Virus record (IMG/VR): IMGVR_UViG_3300024351_000643
Location: 1-63,721 of that record
Origin: a virus
Lineage: Duplodnaviria > Caudoviricetes
Strand: one strand, 5' to 3'
Length of the DNA stretch: 63,721 nt
The notes under the pieces are model-generated. The model saw only the letters and a program-made list of their open reading frames with translations. It was not told the origin of the DNA and did not search any database. A program made the position numbers and the translations under genes. Position 1 is the stretch's first letter. Each line of letters starts with the position of its first letter. Of the stretch, positions 49,006 to 59,379 are shown piece by piece.

Positions 49006-50055
49006 TTAAGAAGCAACCTTGACGTTCTTTACAACGACCCAAGCGTCTGCCTGCTCGATCTGAACACCAACACGAGTATACATTGTGTACTCGATTGAGT
49101 CCTTACGAGGCCAGAAGAAGCGGTAAACAGTTACGTCACGCTTGATACCAATAACTACGTTATTTGGGAATGTCAAGTGGATGTCACCGTGTGAACCAGC
49201 TGCGCCTGAATAATCGCCAGACTGTGTTTCTGGTAGAAGAGGAACTTCTACAATTGGGATACCGAATGCGTATGGTGCAACGTATCCTGCTGGGCCACCA
49301 AGAACAGGAACATCACCACGGATGATGCCAGAAGCAATATCCTGTGGGTTAACGTTCTGAATGTTCTGTGATGTGCTGTATAGATAATCCTGGATCAAGT
49401 TTGAGCCAGAAAGGAAGCGAAGGTCTGTACGACGTTGCTTGTACTTACGTGGAAGTGCCTTCAATGCGCTGTTAAATACAGCACGAGAAATATTAGCACC
49501 CTCTGCGTCAACTACGTGACCATAAGACTTAGCCTTCTTAACTGCGCCATCAAAAGACTTGTAAAGTGCATCGCCTGTAAGATCCTCATCACCGTTAAGG
49601 ATAACATCTTCGATGTCATTTCCTGCCTGTGTTGCCATCATACGTGCAATGTGATCTTCTAGATCTGCACCCTCAATATTGTCTTCGAGTGACTCTGTTG
49701 AAAGCTCCCAGTCCATGCGTAGCTTCTTAGTTGTAAGAGAGATCTTTGAGAAAGTTACTCCGCTATTTACAGCAGTGTTCTCTCCTTCAGATGCAAGCTT
49801 TACAAGCTTCTCTCCGATTGACATACGATCAATCTCTGTTGTATCAGCTTTCATTCGGACAGTACGTGCAACCTTACCAATTACGGTAGCATCGAACATA
49901 TAGTCTAGGAATCTAGCTGACTGTTCTGGGTTAAGGAGACCACCATTTCCGTTTTCGGAAGCTGTGTGAACGCCTGAACCACCTGTTGATGAGCCGAAGC
50001 CTGTTGATACTGTTGTACCAGCTGCTGCAGCCTTTTCTAACAATTCATTACTCAT
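49006..50055 (-). CDS. Major capsid protein (HK97 fold)
   Basis: GGLLNPEQ, ELSTESLEDNIEG, ILNGD; follows the protease. Confidence 0.9.
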   Translation of the reverse strand: MSNELLEKAAAAGTTVSTGFGSSTGGSGVHTASENGNGGLLNPEQSARFLDYMFDATVIGKVARTVRMKADTTEIDRMSIGEKLVKLASEGENTAVNSGVTFSKISLTTKKLRMDWELSTESLEDNIEGADLEDHIARMMATQAGNDIEDVILNGDEDLTGDALYKSFDGAVKKAKSYGHVVDAEGANISRAVFNSALKALPRKYKQRRTDLRFLSGSNLIQDYLYSTSQNIQNVNPQDIASGIIRGDVPVLGGPAGYVAPYAFGIPIVEVPLLPETQSGDYSGAAGSHGDIHLTFPNNVVIGIKRDVTVYRFFWPRKDSIEYTMYTRVGVQIEQADAWVVVKNVKVAS

Positions 50056-50073
50056 TTATTTTCACCTACCCTA

Positions 50074-51444
50074 TTAGTTGAAGATTTCATTTACGGAACC
50101 GAGGAAAGCACCGTGCCATTTTGAATTTGACTTTGTTACTACCTCTGATCGGCCAAGATCTGAGGACTTCTTAATTGCGGTTTCGCCTTCTACAGCATCC
50201 ACACGCTTTTGAACACCTTCGATGGTGCCCTTGATTTCTGTCACAGCTGCACTAAGTGCAGTGTGCTTTTCTGCTAACTCTGTGATTTGAGCATTTACAC
50301 TCTTGCTGAATGCCTCAACAGTTTCTTTGATTTCTGAAACCTGAGCAGCATTAGCTTCTGTTGCTTTTGTCACTGTCTCTGAGAAAAAGCCCTTTAGGTC
50401 GCCTAGCATTTTTGCAAAATCAGGTTGTTCAACCTCTTCTGTTGTTTCGGCTGCTTTTTCAACGGAGTCGGCAGGAGTTGTTTCTTCTGAAACGATATCA
50501 GATTTTTCAAGATCTGCTTCTGCTACTGCATCCGCAGGAGTTGAATCTGCATCAGTTGCCTCTGCAACTGGCGCCTCTGATACTGGTAGAGCTTCTTCTA
50601 CTACAGCTGGAGCTTCTACTACAGCTTCAGCTTCTTTGTTAACATTAAGCTTTTCCATCTCATTACCTCCTTCTACGTTTGCCTGTTTTGCTATTTGTAC
50701 TTCAGGCAACGGTAATCTTGACTTCTGAAATGAAGCAAGAATCTTATCTATTTCTTTCGCTTTATTTATATCTGAACTTTCTACCCAACCAATTAATGTT
50801 GCAGGCTTACCGCTGATTGGTGAGTTAAAAGTTTTTTCTGTTGACATGAAGATTGAATCGCTATCTTCACAATAAAAAATATTTTCTGTAACAACTTCTG
50901 CAGCCATTCCTTTAAAAACAAGTTGTCCATTTGATTTAGAAATTGAAAGAACATTGCAAAGCTGGTTTGCTGGAGAGTCAACAATTGACAATTCAATTAG
51001 TTCATAGTTCTTGATAAATCTAACTTGCTCTCCTGTTGACTTGTTCATTTCGTTATCTGCTTCTAGAATCTTTCCGCCAATTGAAAAACCAGAAAGAGTG
51101 CCATCAAGAACTTTTTCCCAAGTATCTTGTGCACCCTTTGAAACGTATACGTCTACGTATACTCCGTTATAAAACTCTTTTGTGTCTTGATCATAGTAAG
51201 TTTCTGGTCTGAATGAAACCATCTTACCGACAGCTGTTGCGCTGTGCATCTCACGAATATTGCCTCTGAAATTTTCAAAAGCTTTTATGCTTGCTTCAGC
51301 AAGTACAACGTCACCTGTCTGGTCAACATTGTCTAATGTTGCAAATCCAGATACGGTTCTTTTTTCTTTATTGACCTTAGCAAACGGAACCGACAAATAT
51401 ACATTGTCGCCATTGCTAGACCAATGGGCCTTTTCAATATTCAT
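50074..51444 (-). CDS. Prohead protease with a C-terminal scaffold
   Basis: REMH, GFSIGG, ELSIVDSPAN; acidic linker and coiled coil. Confidence 0.9.
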   Translation of the reverse strand: MNIEKAHWSSNGDNVYLSVPFAKVNKEKRTVSGFATLDNVDQTGDVVLAEASIKAFENFRGNIREMHSATAVGKMVSFRPETYYDQDTKEFYNGVYVDVYVSKGAQDTWEKVLDGTLSGFSIGGKILEADNEMNKSTGEQVRFIKNYELIELSIVDSPANQLCNVLSISKSNGQLVFKGMAAEVVTENIFYCEDSDSIFMSTEKTFNSPISGKPATLIGWVESSDINKAKEIDKILASFQKSRLPLPEVQIAKQANVEGGNEMEKLNVNKEAEAVVEAPAVVEEALPVSEAPVAEATDADSTPADAVAEADLEKSDIVSEETTPADSVEKAAETTEEVEQPDFAKMLGDLKGFFSETVTKATEANAAQVSEIKETVEAFSKSVNAQITELAEKHTALSAAVTEIKGTIEGVQKRVDAVEGETAIKKSSDLGRSEVVTKSNSKWHGAFLGSVNEIFN

Positions 51445-51497
51445 ATGCTTAATTTTATACGGTTATTTACTATAACGCAAATAGCAGTTGAGTAAAC

Positions 51498-53087
51498 CTA
51501 TTTGACTTTAGGTCCGTCCCCCTTGGCATTTCTTCCTTCGCCAGATTTGTCTGGGGCATTATTTGCACGAGCTCTGTCACGAGCTCTATTTCCAGTGGAC
51601 TTAGCTTGCTGATCTGCCACCTGCTGTGGCTTTAATTCTACTGGCTCGTCTCCACCTTCAATTGGAACCATTCCTTTTCTGATACGAATTTCATTTGGAA
51701 CAACTACCTTCATTCTCAAATAAATTTCATCAATGCGGCTTTGTGTCTCTTCGTCTGTCAAACTTAATTCATTGAATTTTAATTCAACAACGTCTGTCTT
51801 TTCAGCAATTAAATAATTAAGCTTTTTCTCAAGTCTATCCTGTGCAGGTCTGCAAACTTGCTCTTTAAATGTTTTATCCGCATCACGAGCATTTGCTAAT
51901 GAAGCGCCTTCAGGTAAACCAATTTTATTTATTGGAACACGATGTGCTAATAGTATTTCATCTCTATTTGTCTTACGATAAATGTTAAATGAAGACTCTT
52001 GCTCTCCCGCCTCAATAGGCTCCATCTTAAATTCAACTTTTGAATCAGGGCTATCTGCAGGCAAAGGAATATAAAGTGATCTATGGTTTTTGCCCTTAAG
52101 ACCTACCTGGAAAAATTCAAGCAATTTTCTTTCTGATTCTGGTGAAAGTTTTGCACCCTTTACCGTAATAATATATCTTGGTACGGCTTTATTTTCAAAA
52201 TAATCAAGGTTATATCTTCCAGCAAATTCATTTCCTGCAAGAGCTTGCTGAGCAGCAATAATATCTGGAACACCGTAATAATTATTCATTGGAGTATATT
52301 TCTTTAAATGAATAATTTCATTTGGACGATCTTCTTGTCCAGCAATTGGATTTGGTGTTTCTAGGTCGCCAAAATTTCTAAAATATACAGCCTTGCCATA
52401 AAGCAATTGAACAAATCCATCACGCAAACGTCGTACACGCATTGTTTTTGCTGGTATATGACCGATATAGCCTATATCTCCAGCTGTGGTACGTCCGATC
52501 TCTATGTAACCGTTTCCAGTCGCCTCAAGGTCGGTGTAGGCCTTTATAAGGGTTTCTGTAAACGACTCTTCCTCATTACAATCGTCAAGCCATTTATCTA
52601 AGCCCATTTTAATTCTATTAATTTTTGCACGAGCTCTCTCAAGTTGTTTATCATCTGTAATTTGATCTAATGCATCTTTTGCTTTTGATGTTTCATGAAA
52701 AGTATAACCTAGTCCAACTATATTTGAAACCTTGGCATTAACTGCAGCATAATTATATGTTGATATTTCATAAACTTGTGAAAGATATTCTAAATTGTAA
52801 GTTGGTTCAACGAGGTCAAACATTGCATAGCCAGTGATTGCCTGTTGTAATAGATTTTGTTGAGTTGAAACTCCGCCTACGCCAGTAAATGCTTTTGAAA
52901 AATCTCTGCTAATTTTTCTTCTAAATGTGGGGCCAAGTCCTCTTAGTTTTTTAACATCTTCAATGCCTATTTTAAATGGGTCGTCATGCTCTTTTTCTTT
53001 TTTAAAAGAAAACCAATCTCCAGTGTTTGAGATCTCAATTGTATTATCATCTTGAGAATAATCGTCTTCTACAAACTCTGCTCTCAT
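51498..53087 (-). CDS. Portal protein
   Basis: TGNGYIEI, EIIH, YYGVP, YFENKAVP, PNEIR. Confidence 0.92.
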   Translation of the reverse strand: MRAEFVEDDYSQDDNTIEISNTGDWFSFKKEKEHDDPFKIGIEDVKKLRGLGPTFRRKISRDFSKAFTGVGGVSTQQNLLQQAITGYAMFDLVEPTYNLEYLSQVYEISTYNYAAVNAKVSNIVGLGYTFHETSKAKDALDQITDDKQLERARAKINRIKMGLDKWLDDCNEEESFTETLIKAYTDLEATGNGYIEIGRTTAGDIGYIGHIPAKTMRVRRLRDGFVQLLYGKAVYFRNFGDLETPNPIAGQEDRPNEIIHLKKYTPMNNYYGVPDIIAAQQALAGNEFAGRYNLDYFENKAVPRYIITVKGAKLSPESERKLLEFFQVGLKGKNHRSLYIPLPADSPDSKVEFKMEPIEAGEQESSFNIYRKTNRDEILLAHRVPINKIGLPEGASLANARDADKTFKEQVCRPAQDRLEKKLNYLIAEKTDVVELKFNELSLTDEETQSRIDEIYLRMKVVVPNEIRIRKGMVPIEGGDEPVELKPQQVADQQAKSTGNRARDRARANNAPDKSGEGRNAKGDGPKVK

Positions 53088-53422
53088 TGTACTTTACCGT
53101 CCCTTAAAATAGAATCTTTGTATACGCCAATATCCAAAGGATCTGGGGTCAATCCCCACTCAAGTCTTTGTTTTTGATATTCGTACTCTTCGTCGTCAAT
53201 CTTTCTGCGTCCAGAAAGAAATTTAGGCCTGCCCTCATATATACCGTACGAGCGAACCTCTCTAGCCAAAGCATCCATTCTTGATTTGTTTCCTTTTTTG
53301 GATGTGACTGACAAGAAGTTTCCATCGTCGTCTCCTATCCAACGTCCGTCTGGCATTTCCCATACGTATATGCCTAGCGTTGTTTCTTCAATATACTGAG
53401 ATTTCTTATTTAATATTTCCAT
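53084..53422 (-). CDS. Hypothetical protein upstream of portal
   Basis: ORF overlapping the portal start. Confidence 0.75.
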   Translation of the reverse strand: MEILNKKSQYIEETTLGIYVWEMPDGRWIGDDDGNFLSVTSKKGNKSRMDALAREVRSYGIYEGRPKFLSGRRKIDDEEYEYQKQRLEWGLTPDPLDIGVYKDSILRDGKVQ

Positions 53423-53488
53423 ACTGTCTCTATTCTACCATTAAATACTATCAAAGTCCATCTTTTTGTCAGGCTAAGTGACAAAAAA

Positions 53489-55300
53489 CTATATATTTGT
53501 CGCTAGAGGTTGTCTTTCTACAATGTAAAAAGCTGTTCCGTCCTGTCCAGCAACACTCTCTGCTAGTGACAGGCTGGTATCATTAATTCTTGTCGAATAT
53601 CTATCCGTATATAGTAGGTAATGATTATATAGCTCAGACTCTAGCAGTTCAGAATCATATAGGGCTATGTTAGTATATACATTGGCCCCGCCGTACTGAG
53701 AATCATCTTGATTTTGATTAAACTTTATATTTAAACCGCAGTCGTCTTCAAGCACAATAGCCACGTGATGCTGGTACCCACTGATAAAATGATCTGAGAT
53801 ATTTGTGTGTGATGTAACATCTATTCCATTTATATGTACATTTAATACATTTGTCGAATAGATATTCCCGCTTGAGTCCCATCCATAAATTGCATCTTGC
53901 GTACTAAATAGTACGTTGCTGCCACCATCTGGCGTAAATATCATTTCAATAGTTTTTACATTTTCTGAATAGTCTGTACTAAACCCATGTCCGTCATACA
54001 TCTTTAACCCATTCATTTTGCAATAAGATAGGTTTAAATGATTTTTATGAGGTAATCCATAATCATAATCTGAAAAAACTCTTGCACCAGAGTTGTCTGA
54101 ATAGCAGTCTTTATCGCTGAAGAATAACAATCTAATTTTTCTCAAAGTTGGAAAATATTTACTTGTATCAGAAGATGTCATAGTGACCCTAATATATAAA
54201 ACGTTTTCTATTTGATTATCGTTTTTATTAAAAAATGGAAGTGGCATAGAATTTTCACACTCAATCCAATTTGTTTCATCTATGCTTGCTTCCACAGTTA
54301 TGCCGTAAGAATCGTCATCAAAAAATATTAAAGATGAGGATATGTTTAAATAATCTGGAACAACAATAGAATCTGTAAAACTAAAATTTGCTGTAGAAGG
54401 AATATCTGTTTGCTTTATATAAATAGACTGTTGATCTAAAGATACCTCTACATTTGAATCTGCAAAATAATTCCATGGTTTAGCTTTGGGATATTCGTAC
54501 TCAAAAACAGTTGTTGTTTTATTTGTATTCATTGAGAACAATACACCACCGTCTGGATTAACAATTTGCGTTGTTGGTGTTTCTACATTGCCTGCGTTGT
54601 AATGATTTAATATTTGAGACTGAGATAATGTTTTTTTATAAAATGCTAATCCATCAATTACAAAAGTTTCATTAGATGGGCCACACGCAAAATTTACAAC
54701 ATCATTTGTAAATAAAAAATTATTTAAAGATTTATTTTGCTTTAAAACTCCATCTATATATAAATAAATGCTAGAAGCTGTAAATGATGCAACTATATAA
54801 AGTGCTTCTGTTGTTACAACTGTTTGAGATATGCTTTGTCCTTGCACTGAAAATGTTATTGTTCCATTTTCATAAAATAAGCCTATATTATTTGTACTAT
54901 CTGCAATAAGTGGAATTGACCCATTTGTTGTTTGTGGTAAAGATGCCCAAACCTCTATGGAAAACTCATCATCAGCATATGTGCTATTTGCTATTCCTTT
55001 TACTGGAAAATGTAAAATTGTAATAGGACGAACCTCAGTTCCTCTTATAGCTCCTGATATAATTGGAAATATTTCTTTGTCTGAGGCGTCTGTAGCAAAA
55101 CCATCAAAACCGTTTCCTGAAGAATCCCACACGGGCATTCCGCTTAATGTAGCATAAGAAACGCCATTATCCTTTAAGTCTTGATATGTTGCAAATTGTG
55201 ACAATATACTTGTATAATTTGAAGAGTCGCCTGAACGAACTTCTTCCAACATGTAAAGCGCTAAAGGATTGTCTTTTAGTATTTTATACTTATAAGACAT
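53489..55300 (-). CDS. LamG/concanavalin-like virion protein
   Basis: FSIEVW, LYIDG, IDGLAFY..LS..QILNHY. Confidence 0.75.
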   Translation of the reverse strand: MSYKYKILKDNPLALYMLEEVRSGDSSNYTSILSQFATYQDLKDNGVSYATLSGMPVWDSSGNGFDGFATDASDKEIFPIISGAIRGTEVRPITILHFPVKGIANSTYADDEFSIEVWASLPQTTNGSIPLIADSTNNIGLFYENGTITFSVQGQSISQTVVTTEALYIVASFTASSIYLYIDGVLKQNKSLNNFLFTNDVVNFACGPSNETFVIDGLAFYKKTLSQSQILNHYNAGNVETPTTQIVNPDGGVLFSMNTNKTTTVFEYEYPKAKPWNYFADSNVEVSLDQQSIYIKQTDIPSTANFSFTDSIVVPDYLNISSSLIFFDDDSYGITVEASIDETNWIECENSMPLPFFNKNDNQIENVLYIRVTMTSSDTSKYFPTLRKIRLLFFSDKDCYSDNSGARVFSDYDYGLPHKNHLNLSYCKMNGLKMYDGHGFSTDYSENVKTIEMIFTPDGGSNVLFSTQDAIYGWDSSGNIYSTNVLNVHINGIDVTSHTNISDHFISGYQHHVAIVLEDDCGLNIKFNQNQDDSQYGGANVYTNIALYDSELLESELYNHYLLYTDRYSTRINDTSLSLAESVAGQDGTAFYIVERQPLATNI

Positions 55301-55301
55301 T

Positions 55302-56438
55302 TTAAGCCTCTAAAGCTTCAACTCTTGCTGTAAGCTCTTGAACTGCTTTAATTAGTGGTGCAATGAATTCTTCATATCTAAGCGCTTGTTCTGAATTTGA
55401 ATCAGATTTATCTAAAAGAACCCAACCAGCAAAATCTTCTACGCCTGTGGTATCTATTACAGATTTTACTTCTTGTGCAATTAACCCCCAGTGTGTTCTA
55501 GAACCTGGAATAATGTCACCGTATTGATCTCTTCCGCCTTCTATAAATTTATAACTTACTGGACGTAAAGAATTTATAAAATCAAGTCCGAGGGTGGAAT
55601 CTTGTATATCTGTTTTTAATCTTAAATCTGAGGTGTTAATTGTTCCAGTGTTGGAATAAATTGTTTTCCAAAATTTGTTGGTAGTTACCCCTAATCCAGC
55701 GTCAATCGGCTGTCCTATAGAAACATAATTATTTGCTACTGGAAACCAATTTGAGTTAACGCCGTACGATGAACCTGGAATTGGAGCTGGAAATGAAGCA
55801 AGACCATTAATTGGATCAAGTGTTGCAGCTGCACCATCTGCTCCAGCTGGACCTTGGGGTCCTGTTGCACCTGTTGCACCTCGTGGTATTGTAAAGTTTA
55901 ATACAACAGCACTTGATGTTCCAGAATTTGTAACTGATGCATTGGTTCCAGCAGCACCAGTTGTAGTTGATCCAACATTTATTGTTGCTGCTGCATCACC
56001 CTTTGGACCCTGTGGCCCTGTTGCTCCTGTTGCACCTGTATCACCTTTAGGTATAACAAAATTTAATGTTTGCGATGGAGATGTACCAGTTATTGTTGCG
56101 ACTGCTGAAGAACCTGCAGCTCCTGTTTGAACTGTTCCAATTTGAAGTACATTTGATGGTCCTGCTGGACCGTCACCACCAATTATTCCATCTACGCCTC
56201 TAGGCAATGTAAAATTAAATATTGCATCTGTTTCTGTTCCAACGTTTGTAACTGCTGCAGGAACCGTTGATGCAACCGTAGTGATTGTTCCTATTTGAAT
56301 TGTTGCAGCAGGACCTTGAGGGCCTGGATGAGCGTCTAAGTAAGCATCAACATCTGCTGCTAAATACGAAAGATCTCTAGGCACGTCTGGCGTGTCTGAA
56401 TATTGTGGATATCTAAATCCTTTTCCTGTTGTTCCCAT
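55302..56438 (-). CDS. Collagen-like fibre with a C-terminal S74 chaperone
   Basis: Gly-X-Y runs between beta repeats; TSDLRLK...GLIAQEV...LIKAVQEL. Confidence 0.85.
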   Translation of the reverse strand: MGTTGKGFRYPQYSDTPDVPRDLSYLAADVDAYLDAHPGPQGPAATIQIGTITTVASTVPAAVTNVGTETDAIFNFTLPRGVDGIIGGDGPAGPSNVLQIGTVQTGAAGSSAVATITGTSPSQTLNFVIPKGDTGATGATGPQGPKGDAAATINVGSTTTGAAGTNASVTNSGTSSAVVLNFTIPRGATGATGPQGPAGADGAAATLDPINGLASFPAPIPGSSYGVNSNWFPVANNYVSIGQPIDAGLGVTTNKFWKTIYSNTGTINTSDLRLKTDIQDSTLGLDFINSLRPVSYKFIEGGRDQYGDIIPGSRTHWGLIAQEVKSVIDTTGVEDFAGWVLLDKSDSNSEQALRYEEFIAPLIKAVQELTARVEALEA

Positions 56439-56459
56439 ATCTTTAAATTATACCACCTT

Positions 56460-57047
56460 TTATTTACGCCAGAAACCTGGGGCCATGTATTTGATGCCGC
56501 TTTCGACTGGCAAAGACTCATGATAATATGGTTCTACCGAAGGAAATATAACTATACTTCCAGCTTCTGGTTTTATTTTAACGCCTTGCTCTCTAAAAAA
56601 CAGTTCTCCACCCACATAGTCGTCATTAAGATATAAAACAACTGAAATATTAGGGTCATCACCATTTCCGTAATCGTCTACGTGGGGACCCATTGATTTT
56701 CCAGTTGAGTATTTGCTTACTGAAAGAGGAGTTAACGTGCCAATATTTATAGAATGCCGATTTGCATAGTCTTGAGATGCACCAACTATTGCCATGTTTA
56801 GTATCGTAATAATTCTTCTTACATCTGAATTTGAATCATTTTCAAGGTTGTCTTTAAATCTTTTTTGATATCCAAAAATATATGGAGTATCTCCACTTGC
56901 AGACCACTCTGTCCACTTGGGTATTTTTGAATTTTCGTCTAAGCTCTCGTCAGATCTTTCTATTAAAGATATAAGAAATTTTGGGTCGTCAATAACATTT
57001 TTATAATAAGAAATTTTTTCAAAATCTTCATATAAAAAATTAGGCAT
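56460..57047 (-). CDS. 2OG-Fe(II) oxygenase, P4H-like
   Basis: HVD...YLNDDYVGGE...HES...KY. Confidence 0.9.
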   Translation of the reverse strand: MPNFLYEDFEKISYYKNVIDDPKFLISLIERSDESLDENSKIPKWTEWSASGDTPYIFGYQKRFKDNLENDSNSDVRRIITILNMAIVGASQDYANRHSINIGTLTPLSVSKYSTGKSMGPHVDDYGNGDDPNISVVLYLNDDYVGGELFFREQGVKIKPEAGSIVIFPSVEPYYHESLPVESGIKYMAPGFWRK

Positions 57048-57879
57048 ATTTGTTACCCTTTAACCATTCTTCTTTTTGTTTTGCCTGTTCAATTCTTACT
57101 TGCTTTTCTTCTTCTTTCCATCTTTCTAATGTTTCATCATCATAAACTAGATCTGCAAAATCCCAAAATGATACCATTGTATATCTTGTACCTTTTGTTA
57201 TTTCTGAAACCCCATGTATATTTTCATATCCGCCAGGGAAAACGTAGTATGAGTACGCATTTGGCTTAAATGACAAATATGGCTTCATTTCATTGTCTTT
57301 ATCACAAAAATATAGTTCTCCGCCTTCATAATCATTATTAAGATATAAAATTCCAACATATTTATTTATTTCAAAAGCATTAGGCTTGCCTTCGTTATCT
57401 GAATTATCTGAATGTGGGCTTGCAAATCCGCCCACGTCCCATTTTTGAGCATGTGAAGTATTTGCCCTAACTTCTCTTCCAAAGATCAACTCTACTGATT
57501 CTTTGTATTTATTTTTTAACTTTTCAAAAAACTCATCTGGTAAACCAAATTTTTGCATTGTTTCAGAATCTGTTTTTATTCCTTTTCCTGAAGAACCGTA
57601 AAATGCAATATCTCCCCATTCGACATCGCAATTTTCAAAAAAGTTTATCATTTTTGGCACAATGTCTGGATCTATAAAGTTTGGTATCTCAACAATTTTA
57701 TTTGTATATACTCCTAGCTTACCTGCTTTTTCTTGTGGCACTTCTTCGTCCTGAAGAACAACAAATTTATCTTTATCAAGTATTTCAATAATTCCGTCTT
57801 TCATATTTTTCCTTTTCATTTTATGTGTGCCGTCGCAGTATGGGTATGCATTTGACCTTCCGCATGTACACTGTCTCAT
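57040..57879 (-). CDS. CDGSH [2Fe-2S] domain fused to a 2OG-Fe(II) oxygenase
   Basis: CTCGRSNAYPYCDGTH; HSD...YLNNDYEGGE...HGV...RYT. Confidence 0.85.
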   Translation of the reverse strand: MRQCTCGRSNAYPYCDGTHKMKRKNMKDGIIEILDKDKFVVLQDEEVPQEKAGKLGVYTNKIVEIPNFIDPDIVPKMINFFENCDVEWGDIAFYGSSGKGIKTDSETMQKFGLPDEFFEKLKNKYKESVELIFGREVRANTSHAQKWDVGGFASPHSDNSDNEGKPNAFEINKYVGILYLNNDYEGGELYFCDKDNEMKPYLSFKPNAYSYYVFPGGYENIHGVSEITKGTRYTMVSFWDFADLVYDDETLERWKEEEKQVRIEQAKQKEEWLKGNKYA

Positions 57880-58688
57880 AAATATTTACCGTTATCTTTT
57901 CCAAAATGGTGGTGTAACGACTCTGCTATAAACTGACCATTAAATTTTTCTGACTTGTATCTTTCCTTTTCCATTTCTTCCCACACTTCTGGACCATACT
58001 TTTTTTCATTGTCTAGCCATTCTTCTGATCCTTCGTATTGAAATTGCCAAAATGACCTAATCATATATCTGTCATTTCCTGTATTTTTTCTTACAGCATG
58101 ATAATATGGTGGAGTTGACGGGAAAACTATAACGTCTCCCTTTCTAGGTTTATGAGAAACATACTCATCATTTATCTTAAAACAAATTTCTCCATTTTCA
58201 TAGTCTTCATTTAGGTAGAACGTTGTAGTAATTCCAAACTTTATACCTGGATTATCTTTAAGTGGTTGAATAAAATCAGTATGGTAGTTCATTGCATAAT
58301 TTTCAGATATACAAGCATCAGCAAAATATTTATTAACTGATGCAGAATTCTTAATCCAGTTTTGCAAAGACTCGTCTGGATATTTTTCAATGTAATTCTT
58401 TGTTACATTATAAAATATATCGCCTAGCTCTTTACATAGCTCTCCACGTAAAACGCTATTGCTATCTCCTAGGTCCCAAGCACGAGCATTATCATATTCT
58501 TCTTTTGTTGGAAAATTTTGAAAAGATATTGGGGATTCCTGTAAAGATAACATTGTTCCAAATGTATACCATTCTTCCCATCCTTCACACTCTAAAGATT
58601 TTTTTAAAAATAGATCTGGATCTTCAAAAACGTTTCTATATACAATTATTTTTGGATAAATTTCTATGTATTCTATATCTTTACTCAT
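57876..58688 (-). CDS. 2OG-Fe(II) oxygenase, P4H-like
   Basis: HTD...YLNEDYENGE...HAV...RY. Confidence 0.9.
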   Translation of the reverse strand: MSKDIEYIEIYPKIIVYRNVFEDPDLFLKKSLECEGWEEWYTFGTMLSLQESPISFQNFPTKEEYDNARAWDLGDSNSVLRGELCKELGDIFYNVTKNYIEKYPDESLQNWIKNSASVNKYFADACISENYAMNYHTDFIQPLKDNPGIKFGITTTFYLNEDYENGEICFKINDEYVSHKPRKGDVIVFPSTPPYYHAVRKNTGNDRYMIRSFWQFQYEGSEEWLDNEKKYGPEVWEEMEKERYKSEKFNGQFIAESLHHHFGKDNGKYL

Positions 58689-59368
58689 GGCTGTCTATCT
58701 CCAGTGTGTTTAAGTATTGTCCAAAAAAATGGAATTACGTATCTTATTCCGCTTGTAATTTCCGTTACACCATGTATAAAGTTCATATCTCCTGGGAAAA
58801 AGTACGCTGCGCCAGGCTTTGGTTTAAATTTAATATCTTGATTTGGAAAATATAATTCTCCGCCCTCATAGTCATCATTTAAATAAAACAACCCCGCTAG
58901 GTCGTACCAAGGAAAATCGTTTGGCTTGCCAGCATCTGGTCCTACATGTAATTCTTTGTCAGCATGGGGTTCTTGTCTATACCCCTCCATCCATCTAACA
59001 ATAGCTGGACTAGTTGGCAATGCATCCACATCAAAAAATTTATCTACTTCTAATTTTAACCTTTGAACCATATCCTCAATGACTAAAGATATCTTTGGAT
59101 CTATTTTATCTAGTATTGGCCTTGAAGCAACCCTGTTATCCCAATATGATGAATCGTATATAATTGTTCCGTTTTCATTATAGTGTGTTTCTGTTCTATC
59201 CCAGGTCGTTATACTCTTTGCAGCATCTAATAAAAAATCAAGTTCTTCTTTGGTCATAAAATTTTCTCTTGACTGAATCATTTCGACAGAGCTTCCAAAA
59301 AACCCAGAAGGCGTAATTGACTTTCTGTTATCCCAGTTTGACATATCGTTAGCTAGGTTGTTATCCAT
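58685..59368 (-). CDS. 2OG-Fe(II) oxygenase, P4H-like (start refined to MDNNL)
   Basis: HAD...YLNDDYEGGE...HGV...RY. Confidence 0.9.
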   Translation of the reverse strand: MDNNLANDMSNWDNRKSITPSGFFGSSVEMIQSRENFMTKEELDFLLDAAKSITTWDRTETHYNENGTIIYDSSYWDNRVASRPILDKIDPKISLVIEDMVQRLKLEVDKFFDVDALPTSPAIVRWMEGYRQEPHADKELHVGPDAGKPNDFPWYDLAGLFYLNDDYEGGELYFPNQDIKFKPKPGAAYFFPGDMNFIHGVTEITSGIRYVIPFFWTILKHTGDRQP

Positions 59369-59379
59369 TATATCTCCTA

